64,000 nt of DNA, from contig CAYRJZ010000001.1 in the NCBI GenBank assembly GCA_964424775.1, positions 18,873 through 82,872 on the forward strand, written 5' to 3'. Origin of the DNA: an uncultured Gammaproteobacteria bacterium (GTDB lineage Bacteria; Patescibacteriota; Microgenomatia; Levybacterales; UBA12049). The notes below the pieces were generated by a model. The model was given only the letters and a program-made list of their open reading frames with translations, did no database searches and was not told the DNA's origin. Each line of letters opens with the position of its first letter. Position 1 is the first letter of the stretch. The position numbers and the translations under genes were made by a program. This document shows positions 17,074 to 27,255 of this stretch, piece by piece.

Positions 17074-19731
17074 ATGGATACTGCCAAACCTCGACTTGTC
17101 GTTGATAAAGAAGGTTTTTTAGGAAATTCACTCCTGAGTATTTTTGATGATTCACTTCTCACAATTATTGTCACCAAAACTGTTCCTGAAACAAATAGAA
17201 GTATTTTGCATATTCCTTTTACGAAACGTATCCCAAAGATTCCAGATAATTCTTTTTCAGAGATTTTTTTAGTCTACAATGGTGAAAAGGAACTCCTTGA
17301 AGCACTTCCAGCATTTCTAAAAAAAGCACGTGAAGAAGGAGCTAGATTTTATTTCATTACTAGTATTTTCCATCTTCCGCGTGGATTTGCTGCAAGACTC
17401 CAGAAACAATATCCAGAAGTTTTTTTACTCATTACCGGAGATATTTTTAGTAACACTATCCATCCTTCCTCCCCAGTCTCAGCGCTTCTTCATGAGGCAA
17501 AAGAATATGGACATGTAATGCTCTATGAATCAGGGCTTCATGCTGTCTACCCTGTTGCACTGAAAGACGTAATAGAAGCAATACAAGCAATACGCAGTGC
17601 AAGTGTTATAGAACAGAGAGTTTTTGCACTTTATCCAAAATACCCACCAACAAGTATAACGCTTACACGCATACTCCAGAAATTATACCCCCTCCTCCAG
17701 GTAGATTTCTCAAAGAAAAAAAAGTTACATGAAAAAATAGAATTTCCAGACAATCCACTTTACGTCTTTGGGGGAAATTATCCACTTGAGCAGCGGCTAA
17801 AAGAGCTTGATCTTACCTTTACTCCCCTTCTTCCGAGACAAGGACAGAAAAAGAAAATAAAACGCATTCGCACCAAATCACAAAGACGATATATTTTCTT
17901 AGCAATTTCCATTTTTTTCTTCCTTTTCGCACTTCCCAGCATGACAACACTTGGGTTTGCGACAGGGGGAGGTTTTATGCTTCTTCAAAGTCAAAAGGCT
18001 TTTGAGAGTGGAAAGTTTGAGGAAGCAAGACAAGCAGCCTTCACTGGTCATACTTTTTTCACCATTGCCAAAAGATCAATTGAGACAGTGAAAATGAGTT
18101 TTGGAAGAGTTATAGGAAATGACGAGTTACTTGGCCTAGAACGAACAATGGAGAATGGTGAAAAAGTTGCTGACATCCTCCAAAACGGCGCGATAGCAGC
18201 TGCAAGTATCCAAAACGTCGTGCAAGGAAGTTCTCCAAAACCAAAGGAAGAATTCCTTGAAGGGAGTAACAAATTGAAAGAAGCTCTGACTCTTCTTCAA
18301 GAAATGCAGGTAGAAGGATCAATTCCACAGGCATATGCAAAAAAACTTGAGCCACTTAAGCCTATGGTTACATTAATGCTCAATACTATTGATACCTATC
18401 CAGAATTATTAGGATTTGAGCAAAGAAAACAGTATTTAGTACTTTTCCAAAATAATTTTGAATTACGAGCAACAGGGGGATTTATAGGCTCATACGGTCT
18501 TTTAACGCTTGAGCAGGGAAGAGTTGTTTCATTTGTGATCCAGGATGTCTATGAAACAGATGGGCAGTTAAAAGAGCATGTTGATCCGCCTTTCGCACTA
18601 AGACGATACATGGGTGCAAGTCACTGGTATTTGAGGGATAGTAATTATGCGATCGATTTCCCTACAGCTGCTGCTCAGTCAGCAGAGTTTCTAAGAAAAG
18701 TCACAAAGACAAAAGTTGATGGAGTCATCGCAGTCGATACCACATTCCTCAGCAGCATGCTTGATGTAACAGGCCCAATACATCTTCCAGATTATAAAGA
18801 AACAATCACTCGTGACAACTTCTTTTTGACTACTCAAAAACATGTTGAGGAAGAGTTTTTTCCTGGATCCACACAGAAGCGTGACTATCTTCGAGCACTC
18901 CATTCAGCCATTGAGCAGAAATTGGATAGTAATAAGTTACCATATCAAAAACTTTTGATGCTTCTCGCAGAAGGGGTAGATCAAAAACATGTGATAGTTG
19001 CTTTTGCGGATCAGTCAATTCAACGACTCTATACTGTCAATAATGTGTCCGGAAGTTTGTGGGAGGGGAGAGTGGATAATGAACAGACAGCAACTGATTT
19101 CTTAAGTGTGAATGAAATGAATATTGGTCTTAATAAAGTGAACTATTACATAAAGCGGGGGATTACACAGGATGTCTCAATTGATGGGGAAGGGAATGTG
19201 AATGAAAAGGTAGAAATAGCATATATAAATACAAGTGATACCTCATCACCTTTTGGTGGAGAGTATAAGGCGTATCTTCGCTTTGTCCTTCCTGAGAACG
19301 CAGTTATGTCAGGATTGCTCATTGATAATGTCGAGACACCCACAACACCCGCTATTACTGACCCAGCAAGATACACTGCACGCAACTTTATCGCCCCAAA
19401 AGAAATTGAAATTGAGACTATGCAAAGTAATGGCCATTCTGTAATCGGTATGTATATTACGGTCCCAACTCGTTCTCAGAAAAAATACACATTGTCATAT
19501 ACACTTCCAGAGCGATTTCCCATTGAGAGTCCTGAGTCGATCTATTCACATAGAATAGTGAAGCAGCCCGGCACACTCAACGATTCATATAGGTTAACGA
19601 TTCGTTATCCTCTCTCACTTCAACTCTTTAAATCATCAAGTGGGGTAAGTAATATTGGTGGAAAACTTATCTACGAATCAGAACTAGATACGGACGAAGA
19701 TCTCCAAGTAACGTTTATTCCCTCGAATTAA
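17074..19731 (+). CDS. large DUF4012-family membrane-anchored protein with N-terminal cytoplasmic domain
   Basis: The family-typical motif NNFELRATGGFIGSYGLLTLEQGRVVSFVIQDVYETDG sits in the extracytoplasmic part after a TM (IFLAISIFFFLFALPSMTTLGF). A roughly 300-aa N-terminal alpha/beta domain precedes the TM. The start is taken at the ATG at 17074 to avoid overlap with the upstream gene. Confidence 0.6.
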   Translation: MDTAKPRLVVDKEGFLGNSLLSIFDDSLLTIIVTKTVPETNRSILHIPFTKRIPKIPDNSFSEIFLVYNGEKELLEALPAFLKKAREEGARFYFITSIFHLPRGFAARLQKQYPEVFLLITGDIFSNTIHPSSPVSALLHEAKEYGHVMLYESGLHAVYPVALKDVIEAIQAIRSASVIEQRVFALYPKYPPTSITLTRILQKLYPLLQVDFSKKKKLHEKIEFPDNPLYVFGGNYPLEQRLKELDLTFTPLLPRQGQKKKIKRIRTKSQRRYIFLAISIFFFLFALPSMTTLGFATGGGFMLLQSQKAFESGKFEEARQAAFTGHTFFTIAKRSIETVKMSFGRVIGNDELLGLERTMENGEKVADILQNGAIAAASIQNVVQGSSPKPKEEFLEGSNKLKEALTLLQEMQVEGSIPQAYAKKLEPLKPMVTLMLNTIDTYPELLGFEQRKQYLVLFQNNFELRATGGFIGSYGLLTLEQGRVVSFVIQDVYETDGQLKEHVDPPFALRRYMGASHWYLRDSNYAIDFPTAAAQSAEFLRKVTKTKVDGVIAVDTTFLSSMLDVTGPIHLPDYKETITRDNFFLTTQKHVEEEFFPGSTQKRDYLRALHSAIEQKLDSNKLPYQKLLMLLAEGVDQKHVIVAFADQSIQRLYTVNNVSGSLWEGRVDNEQTATDFLSVNEMNIGLNKVNYYIKRGITQDVSIDGEGNVNEKVEIAYINTSDTSSPFGGEYKAYLRFVLPENAVMSGLLIDNVETPTTPAITDPARYTARNFIAPKEIEIETMQSNGHSVIGMYITVPTRSQKKYTLSYTLPERFPIESPESIYSHRIVKQPGTLNDSYRLTIRYPLSLQLFKSSSGVSNIGGKLIYESELDTDEDLQVTFIPSN

Positions 19732-19986
19732 TTAGAAAATATCTCCTCGGCGATGAAGTGTTAGGGGAGGTAAATCATCAAATGACTCTGGTTGAAAAAG
19801 GAGATCATCCTCAGTGAACGGATAAGTTGAACTTGGTGCGATAACAGCGCGCTCCTCAGGAGTTGGTGGTAATGGTGAGGGAGAATAGAAAGATTCACCA
19901 GGTGTTTCTCGTCTAGTTATTCGAAGTCGTATACCGTGTTTTCCCGTAAGGACTTCGTGGTGTAATTTACCAATTCGTTCAGCCAT
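19732..19986 (-). CDS. hypothetical small protein (84 aa)
   Basis: ORF-track entry only, co-directional with pgk. No family recognised. Confidence 0.25.
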   Translation of the reverse strand: MAERIGKLHHEVLTGKHGIRLRITRRETPGESFYSPSPLPPTPEERAVIAPSSTYPFTEDDLLFQPESFDDLPPLTLHRRGDIF

Positions 19987-20052
19987 AAAAATAGAATACG
20001 TGAGAGTGTGAGAAAGAGCGTGACTAAAAGGTAACAGAATGCTGACAAAATT

Positions 20053-21234
20053 TTATTTTCTGACAGGAGAGGTAAGGGCATCAATTCCAGGAAGTGAGCC
20101 GTTTTCTATGAATGAGAGCATTGCGCCGCCTCCTGTTGAGATATGGGTAATTTTATCTAGATGCTCTTTTTTGGTCAATGCAGCAAGAGTCTCTCCTCCA
20201 CCTACAATTGAGATGGCATGTTCATTTTCTGCTATCGCATAGTAGATAAAATCTGTACCTCGTTTGTACATTTCATTTTCAATATAACCAAATGGACCAT
20301 TCCAAAGAATGGTTTTGGCAGTAGCGATTGCTGATCCATAGATTGCCTGTGTCTGAGGCCCTATATCTAAAATAGTATCGTGAGGAGATATGTCGTGAAT
20401 CGATTTCTCCTGTGTGTGTATACCATTTTTTGCACCAATAATTGCATCAACAGGAAGAAGTAGGGAAGTGTTCTTACTCTTGGCAAACTGAAGAAGTTCC
20501 TTAGCTGTTTTTACTTCAGTTGACTCATACAGACTATTGCCGATTTCTTTCCCTAACGATTTGAGAAATGTATTTGCAAGTCCTCCTCCCAACAAAACCT
20601 CATCTGACAAAGTAAGAAGCTTTTTGAGAAGTTTGATCTTGGTTGAGATTTTTGCTCCACCTAAGAGTGTTATGAAGGGATGTTTGGGATGAGTGAGGAG
20701 GGGTGAAATATTCTCAACTTCTTTTTTCATTAGGAGGCCTCCAAATGAAGGAAGAAGTGATGGCAATGTAACAATTGATGCAGCTTTTCGATGCGAAACG
20801 CTAAAAGCATCATTCACGAAAATATCAGCACACGAAGCAAGGTATTTGGCAAAAATGAGATTATTCTCTTCCTCACCCTTGTTAAAACGAATGTTTTCAA
20901 GTAGATATATTAGGTTTGGATCATCCATTCGTGTTTTTTCTCTAAGTAGGGATTCTAAATCAGGCACAAGCATGACTTTTTTATCGGGAAGAAACTGCTG
21001 AAGTCGTTTTGCGACACTGTGAAGAGAAAGGGTTGGATCGAACCCTTTTGGTTTGCCGAGGTGGGAAAGAAGGATAAGGATATTGTCTCGCTCAAGCAAA
21101 TGCTCAAGTGTCGGAAGTATCTGTCGAATGCGCTCATCATTTATAATGTGATGTTTCTCATTGAGTGAGACATTAAAGTCAACACGAATAAGAACTTTTT
21201 TTTTGACGATAGGCAGTTCATCAATATATTTCAT
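20053..21234 (-). CDS. pgk: phosphoglycerate kinase
   Basis: PGK N-terminus (MKYIDELPIVKKKVLIRVDFNVSL) and length (393 aa). Confidence 0.9.
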   Translation of the reverse strand: MKYIDELPIVKKKVLIRVDFNVSLNEKHHIINDERIRQILPTLEHLLERDNILILLSHLGKPKGFDPTLSLHSVAKRLQQFLPDKKVMLVPDLESLLREKTRMDDPNLIYLLENIRFNKGEEENNLIFAKYLASCADIFVNDAFSVSHRKAASIVTLPSLLPSFGGLLMKKEVENISPLLTHPKHPFITLLGGAKISTKIKLLKKLLTLSDEVLLGGGLANTFLKSLGKEIGNSLYESTEVKTAKELLQFAKSKNTSLLLPVDAIIGAKNGIHTQEKSIHDISPHDTILDIGPQTQAIYGSAIATAKTILWNGPFGYIENEMYKRGTDFIYYAIAENEHAISIVGGGETLAALTKKEHLDKITHISTGGGAMLSFIENGSLPGIDALTSPVRK

Positions 21235-21235
21235 A

Positions 21236-22573
21236 TTAAATTTTTACATATGACGAGATGGTTGATAATGAGCCAGGGAGATTGAGGCGGGTAAGAACAT
21301 CTTCTACATAGGAAGAGAGATTTTGAAGATAGATATCCTTTTCATTCTTCTCCATGTCCCAGAGCACCTGTTTGAAAGCGCCAAGACTTAGTTTCCTCGT
21401 TTTATAGATAAATTGTTCGTCAGTCCAATTTTTTTCCTTCATCGTTCCTTGTGTCTCACGAATCCATGTATACATCTCATCCCTCAGATCTGAAGGAAGC
21501 GAGTCAAAGAAAATATTCTGTAACCCGGTTGCGAGATGGATCTCTAAAGTTTGATGCTGAACAAACTGTGAATAAAGAGAGAGGGGAAGAGTAGAAGCCC
21601 CGTGCTGGACAACTCCACCTATGTGATATTTCTCACGTGCTATTCTGCCAATTTCCTTAATCGCTTCAAAATCTATTGAGACGTCTTTGATTCTTCCGTC
21701 AGAAAGTGGTGTGCCTCCATGACTGCTCCCAGTTTGGATACTAATTTTACTTAAACCATCTCGAGGAACTTTTGTTGTAAATTGAGTCATAAACGCTTCA
21801 AAATCCTCACTCGTACTATTCTGATCCCCGATATGCCCAATCTCTCCTCCTATTGATACCTCCTCAGTCTTTTCTTCTATTGATCGTATAAAGTGTGTGA
21901 GGCGTGCTGTTATCTCAGAATTTATTTTTTGCTGTTCAATAACTGAAGGAAGAGTAAGATCAACAAGTGGTGAAGCATCAATATCGATATTAAGAAAATG
22001 AGCGTTCAGGGATGTCTTTATGAGTTCCTCAATACGCTCTACTTCTTTCTGTGGGTCTTCTGTATACTTCTTTTTACTGAGTTGAAAATGATCACCTTGT
22101 AAAAAGACTGGCCCGATGAAGGACTCCTTTATCGCCGCAGCGAGTACACATGAAGTATATTCCTGGGGAGTTTGGTCGGTATACTCCATTTCAGATCTCG
22201 CAATCTCAAAGACAACAGCCCCGGTAGAGTGGATCTTCATGAGACGGAATATACAACGTGCAGACTCAAAAGTGAGTGTGCGTATATTGAATGCTGCGGT
22301 TGTAAATGGCGCTTTTTTTCCTTCTCCTACAGATCTGTAGTAGGGGCGAATGGATGAAGGAGGACATTTGAGAAGGAGAGAAAGGGAATAAATGAGGGTG
22401 TGAAATTCTCTTTTCAATTCTTCATCTTTAGCAAAAACTGCGTTATAAATAAGGTCGTCAATAAAGACATTTCTTAGATGTTGTTCGTTGTGAATAGTAA
22501 CCTGAGTAGAAAGATCAAGGCAGGTTGATGCATGATTGATGAAATCTTGTCTCGTACTCCATAATCCATGCAT
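21236..22573 (-). CDS. putative class II fructose-bisphosphate aldolase family protein (long form)
   Basis: Metal-binding-like His motifs (LQGDHFQ, SSHGG, VQHGAS) and glycolytic context between pgk and pgi. The family assignment is tentative. Confidence 0.45.
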   Translation of the reverse strand: MHGLWSTRQDFINHASTCLDLSTQVTIHNEQHLRNVFIDDLIYNAVFAKDEELKREFHTLIYSLSLLLKCPPSSIRPYYRSVGEGKKAPFTTAAFNIRTLTFESARCIFRLMKIHSTGAVVFEIARSEMEYTDQTPQEYTSCVLAAAIKESFIGPVFLQGDHFQLSKKKYTEDPQKEVERIEELIKTSLNAHFLNIDIDASPLVDLTLPSVIEQQKINSEITARLTHFIRSIEEKTEEVSIGGEIGHIGDQNSTSEDFEAFMTQFTTKVPRDGLSKISIQTGSSHGGTPLSDGRIKDVSIDFEAIKEIGRIAREKYHIGGVVQHGASTLPLSLYSQFVQHQTLEIHLATGLQNIFFDSLPSDLRDEMYTWIRETQGTMKEKNWTDEQFIYKTRKLSLGAFKQVLWDMEKNEKDIYLQNLSSYVEDVLTRLNLPGSLSTISSYVKI

Positions 22574-22627
22574 ATCTTTTGCAGTATAGCATACAGTAAG
22601 ATCAGAAACGGATGATATAATAGACTT

Positions 22628-24241
22628 GTGATGATCACAACGTCTCCTGAATGGAAAAAGCTAGAAAAGCATTTTTCCCACATTTCTTCATACCATCTAC
22701 GTGATCTTTTTGCTGAAGATCTCAAAAGAGCTGATAAATTCACACTCATACTTAATGAACTCTATTTTGATTACTCAAAACACAGAATTACACCTGAAAC
22801 AATGGAACTACTGTTTGAGTTGGCACGAAAAGCAGGGCTTGAGCAAGCACGAGAGGCAATGTTTGCTGGAGAAAAGATTAATACAACAGAGAAAAGAGCG
22901 GTACTCCATACAGCACTCAGGAAGAGCTCTGGGGAAGTACTTGTCGATGGAAAAAATGTTATTACCCAGATAGAGAGTGTTTTACGGAAAATGGAGCATT
23001 TTTCTGACAAAGTCCGAAGCGGGGAGTGGAAGGGATATTCCGGAAAAAGAATGAGACACGTTGTTAATATTGGGATCGGGGGATCAGATCTCGGACCAGT
23101 TATGGCTTATGAGGCTTTAAAGTTCTATTCTGACAGATCAATTACTTTTCATTTTGTCTCAAATATTGATAGTACCCATATTGCAGAAGTACTCCTTCAA
23201 TGTCAGCCGGAAGAAACGCTTTTTATTATTGCTTCAAAAACATTTACAACTGAGGAGACAATGACAAATGCTAAGACTGCAAAAGAATGGTTACTCAAGC
23301 GTGGTGCGCCAACGGAGAGTATAAAAGAACATTTTGTTGCGTTATCAACAAATTCTCAAGAAGTCATAAAGTTTGGGATAGATGAGGAGAATATGTTTGA
23401 GTTCTGGGACTTTGTAGGAGGAAGGTACTCACTTCCCTCAGCAATTGGTCTATCCCTTATGATTGCAATAGGGAAAGAGCATTTTTCAGAAATGCTTCGT
23501 GGATATGAAACAGTCGATGAACATTTTCAGACAGCTCCTCTTGAGAAAAATATTCCTGTAATCATGGGACTTCTCGGTATTTGGTATAACAATTTTTTTG
23601 GATCTGAAACCTACGCAATCCTTCCATATTCTCAATATCTTCATAGGTTTCCTGCATACCTTCAACAATTAGAGATGGAGAGTAATGGCAAGTCAGTAAC
23701 AAAAGATGGAGAAAAAGTGAGTTACCAGACGGGTCAGATCATCTGGGGTGAGGCAGGGACAAATGGACAACATGCATTCTACCAACTTCTCCATCAAGGG
23801 ACAAAGATTGTTCCTGCTGATTTCATTGGTATAAAAGAAGCGCTTCATTCACTGGGTGACCATCAGCAAAAACTCCTTGCCAATCTTATAGCACAGACTG
23901 AAGCATTGGCTTTCGGGAAAACGGGTGATGAGGTAAGAGCAGAAGGAGTCAGCGAGGAGTTGATCCCACACAAGGTTTTTGAAGGAAATAGACCTACATC
24001 AACACTTCTTTTGTCAAAACTAACTCCAGAGACCCTGGGTATGTTGATTGCACTTTATGAACACAAAGTGTTTGTTCAAGGAGTAATCTGGGGAATTAAC
24101 TCTTTTGACCAAATGGGAGTAGAACTCGGAAAAGTGCTTGCCAAAAAAATTAAGGATGAATTAACGGTGCAAAAAATAGTAGATACACATGATGATTCAA
24201 CTAATCGGTTAATTTCATACGTCCTACATGATGAAAAGTGA
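22628..24241 (+). CDS. pgi: glucose-6-phosphate isomerase
   Basis: PGI family sequence across its length ([26 protein letters not shown]), 537 aa. Confidence 0.85.
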   Translation: MMITTSPEWKKLEKHFSHISSYHLRDLFAEDLKRADKFTLILNELYFDYSKHRITPETMELLFELARKAGLEQAREAMFAGEKINTTEKRAVLHTALRKSSGEVLVDGKNVITQIESVLRKMEHFSDKVRSGEWKGYSGKRMRHVVNIGIGGSDLGPVMAYEALKFYSDRSITFHFVSNIDSTHIAEVLLQCQPEETLFIIASKTFTTEETMTNAKTAKEWLLKRGAPTESIKEHFVALSTNSQEVIKFGIDEENMFEFWDFVGGRYSLPSAIGLSLMIAIGKEHFSEMLRGYETVDEHFQTAPLEKNIPVIMGLLGIWYNNFFGSETYAILPYSQYLHRFPAYLQQLEMESNGKSVTKDGEKVSYQTGQIIWGEAGTNGQHAFYQLLHQGTKIVPADFIGIKEALHSLGDHQQKLLANLIAQTEALAFGKTGDEVRAEGVSEELIPHKVFEGNRPTSTLLLSKLTPETLGMLIALYEHKVFVQGVIWGINSFDQMGVELGKVLAKKIKDELTVQKIVDTHDDSTNRLISYVLHDEK

Positions 24242-24800
24242 TTACCAACTTTTATTGAGGTATATACATAGTGTCGCTGAAGCACATCAAGAGAAATTAG
24301 GTGAGTTCGGAAATCCTATAAGAAAGTTGCCATCAGGAAGTGAAAATCCCTATTTTTTTCATCCATTATGGTGTTCTCTTACTCTCTTTTGTGAGCCAAA
24401 ACTTCCAGATGAAGTGCGCCTTCCAGGGGCACTTGCGCTTCTGTTCCATGACATTCTTGAAGACACAACAATTGATCTCCCTGAGGATTTAAGTGATGAT
24501 GTAAGAAGTCTTGTTCAAGAATTAACGGTAGAGAAAGAAGAACAGTATAATTTTAGTGGTTGGGAAAAAGAAAAGTTAACAATTCTTCAGAAACCTCCTC
24601 ATATTCAGTTACTTAAACTTTTTGACAAAGTCTCCTCTGTCTATGACATGGCAGTAAAGAAGGAGCGCTATCCTGAATGGATACGTATCGTTGAGGGATT
24701 AATAGAAAATGTAGAAGCTGAATACGGTGTACTAAATATTACCCTGCTTGCACGTGCCCTTACAAAGCAGTACAGAGAGAATCCTACATATTTCGGCTAG
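24228..24800 (+). CDS. HD-domain phosphohydrolase, small alarmone hydrolase-like
   Basis: H...HD motif arrangement (FFHPLW ... [11 protein letters not shown]) resembling the (p)ppGpp hydrolase HD domain of RelA/SpoT. Stand-alone, 190 aa. Confidence 0.45.
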   Translation: MMKSDYQLLLRYIHSVAEAHQEKLGEFGNPIRKLPSGSENPYFFHPLWCSLTLFCEPKLPDEVRLPGALALLFHDILEDTTIDLPEDLSDDVRSLVQELTVEKEEQYNFSGWEKEKLTILQKPPHIQLLKLFDKVSSVYDMAVKKERYPEWIRIVEGLIENVEAEYGVLNITLLARALTKQYRENPTYFG

Positions 24801-25716
24801 CTGCAATGCGCGACAATTTTTGTGATGTTTTGAGGAGGGAGCCGGCTTGTTGTAATTCGACCATTTCAGGTAACACCCCTCCATAATGGATATGAGACAA
24901 TTTGTGGGCGGCTTTTGCTGCATCAAGAGAAACAGCCCCTTCGTGATACATCTCCCACCCAATCATACGAAGAGTATCAATATCATCATAGGTCGGTAGT
25001 AGCAGTACTCTTTCTTTCTCGTCATCTGTAAGGTTTATCAGCGTGGCCGCTTCATCTCCTAATACTTTACCTATTGCTGCTTTGTAATCTGTAGCAAGTG
25101 GAGAAGGTCCGTGTATAGTAAGCGCTCTGAGCCCTTGTGTATAAATGACTCTCGCTTGCAAAGGAGTAAAATGTCTATCTTCAACAATCTGACGACTCGA
25201 TGATGGGGGAGAGGGAATCTCAGATAAGTATGTTCCATCCTCTAAGCGTTGACGAGGTGGCATTTTGTCAATATAGACAATACCATTTTCTCCTAGGCAA
25301 AAGTTAGCATACACAGCGTCAAGTGTAATAGGAAAGTCTGCATCAAATACCTTCTGATGAACAGTAAGTACCTCTTCCATGAGAGTAATGATATTCGGTG
25401 AATCCGGCGCTTCTAATGAAAGCAGACGTTGAATATCTGGTCCAGCAAATGGTACATCTTCATGTAAAATGACATGTCCTGGAGTTTCATGCTTCGACTC
25501 ATCAAAATTGACTGATCGGGCAGTCTGTACCCCAATAGACTCAGCAATATCATCAAATCGATTCATGAGAAACTGAAGCCGTCTACTCTCTTCTTGCGGG
25601 ACTCCACCATTTTTCTCCCCATAATTTTTTCTGAGAAAAACGAAAGTAGGATTTTCAGGGCTCCTTTTCTGTTCAAGAGTAGAGTAATATCCTGCAGATA
25701 GATCAGTTAGTTCCAC
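24784..25716 (-). CDS. hypothetical protein (310 aa)
   Basis: ORF-track entry. No family recognised. Confidence 0.4.
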   Translation of the reverse strand: MELTDLSAGYYSTLEQKRSPENPTFVFLRKNYGEKNGGVPQEESRRLQFLMNRFDDIAESIGVQTARSVNFDESKHETPGHVILHEDVPFAGPDIQRLLSLEAPDSPNIITLMEEVLTVHQKVFDADFPITLDAVYANFCLGENGIVYIDKMPPRQRLEDGTYLSEIPSPPSSSRQIVEDRHFTPLQARVIYTQGLRALTIHGPSPLATDYKAAIGKVLGDEAATLINLTDDEKERVLLLPTYDDIDTLRMIGWEMYHEGAVSLDAAKAAHKLSHIHYGGVLPEMVELQQAGSLLKTSQKLSRIAASRNM

Positions 25717-25856
25717 AAAAGTTACTGTAACTTTTTGTTGAGTTTGTAACTTGACAGAAAAGAACGATAATACTAGACAGAATCCTGACTTTATGACAAA
25801 AGAGAATAATAAAGAAAAAGATTGTTAAATCAATTAAAAATATTTACAATACAAGA

Positions 25857-27161
25857 ATGGATAGTGTTACAACTGAGGCAAATTACCCTTTACAGTTTAG
25901 AAAAGAAGATGCAAAAAAATTAGGTGAACATCTTCGTCTGAGGCATTGCGTAAACCTTGTCGGTATGAAGAGGGTTGGGATTAGTAACTTTCTACGTTTT
26001 TTTCTGTTTCATAAGGAAGTTATTCCTACCTATATCGATAAGACCCAAAAACATCTCCTTATCCCTGTTGACCTCAATGATCTTGTTGAGCGGGAATTAT
26101 ATCCTTTTTGGACACTTACCTTTAAGCGAATAGTTGACAGTAGTGAAGCAAGTGATCTACCTGACGCGCTCAAACAGAAAATTGCGTCAACTTTTCTAGC
26201 ATCAATTCAGTCTCAAGATCTTTTCTTGCTCATTGATGGAGTAAGGCGATCCTTAACACTCCTTGTGGAGGAAGGCTATCTTCCAACGCTTTTTCTTCTT
26301 CGTTTTGACCGCATAAAGGATGTGGTGACGCCAGAATTCTTTTCTAATTTGGAGGGGCTTCGTGACTCACTCTATTCCAAACTTTCTCTCGTCTTCACAA
26401 GTTATCGCACGCTTGATGAGCTTTCGCCTGAAGTATTTACGAAAGCCTCTTTGTCTGCATTTTCTGAGGTAATGTATTTACTTCCTTCTCAAAGAGGGGA
26501 TTTGCAGATAATCTTTGAAACCTATAAAAAAAGATACTCATTGCCAATTGATGAGGAGCTAACAGAGCATCTTTTTGCTTTGGTTGGAGGATACGTCCAG
26601 TTTCTTCAGATTGCACTTATTCTCCTTCATGAGAAAGCGGCACAGCTTCCCACAAAAGATGAGCTAACAGCCCTTTTACTTCAAGACGAGCGAATTCTCC
26701 TTCAATCAGAGGAGTTATGGGAGAGTCTCTTGCCACAGGAGAAATTAATACTTATTAAATTATGTAAAGAAGAGAAAATAGCCCAAGAAGATCTTAAAGC
26801 AGCTGAATATCTTCTTAAAGCAGGAGTCATCATAAGGGATGGAACGCTCTTCCATCTCTTTAGTCCACTTTTTACTCATTACGTAAGTCAACAAATTGAG
26901 AGTGATCAGAAAGGGAAAGGGGTTGTTTTTAGCAAGAAGGAACACCTTCTCTTTAGTTTTTTGCATGACCATTTAGGTGAGATAAGTGAGAGGGAACAGA
27001 TTATTGAGGCTGTTTGGCCTGAATACGTTGAGTTTGGGGTATCCGATTGGTCGATCGATAGACTTGTTGCGCGAGTGAGGAGTAAGTTAAAAGATCAGGC
27101 AAGTCCTTATGAGATAAAAACAGTCAGAACACGAGGCTATGTGCTCATCTCCAAAGTGTAA
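25857..27161 (+). CDS. transcriptional regulator with OmpR/PhoB-type C-terminal winged-helix domain and N-terminal ATPase-like domain
   Basis: The C-terminus (EREQIIEAVWPEYVEFGVSDWSIDRLVARVRSKL...IKTVRTRGYVLI) matches the trans_reg_C pattern. The N-terminus has a P-loop-like GMKRVGIS. There is no receiver domain. Confidence 0.55.
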   Translation: MDSVTTEANYPLQFRKEDAKKLGEHLRLRHCVNLVGMKRVGISNFLRFFLFHKEVIPTYIDKTQKHLLIPVDLNDLVERELYPFWTLTFKRIVDSSEASDLPDALKQKIASTFLASIQSQDLFLLIDGVRRSLTLLVEEGYLPTLFLLRFDRIKDVVTPEFFSNLEGLRDSLYSKLSLVFTSYRTLDELSPEVFTKASLSAFSEVMYLLPSQRGDLQIIFETYKKRYSLPIDEELTEHLFALVGGYVQFLQIALILLHEKAAQLPTKDELTALLLQDERILLQSEELWESLLPQEKLILIKLCKEEKIAQEDLKAAEYLLKAGVIIRDGTLFHLFSPLFTHYVSQQIESDQKGKGVVFSKKEHLLFSFLHDHLGEISEREQIIEAVWPEYVEFGVSDWSIDRLVARVRSKLKDQASPYEIKTVRTRGYVLISKV

Positions 27162-27255
27162 TTCCCGAGTATAAACCGATTGATTCCCGAAGAGTTCGCA
27201 TTGCCCAGTTATTCCTCATTTGATACAATCGTGCTCAAGGCAGAAAAGAAATTCT

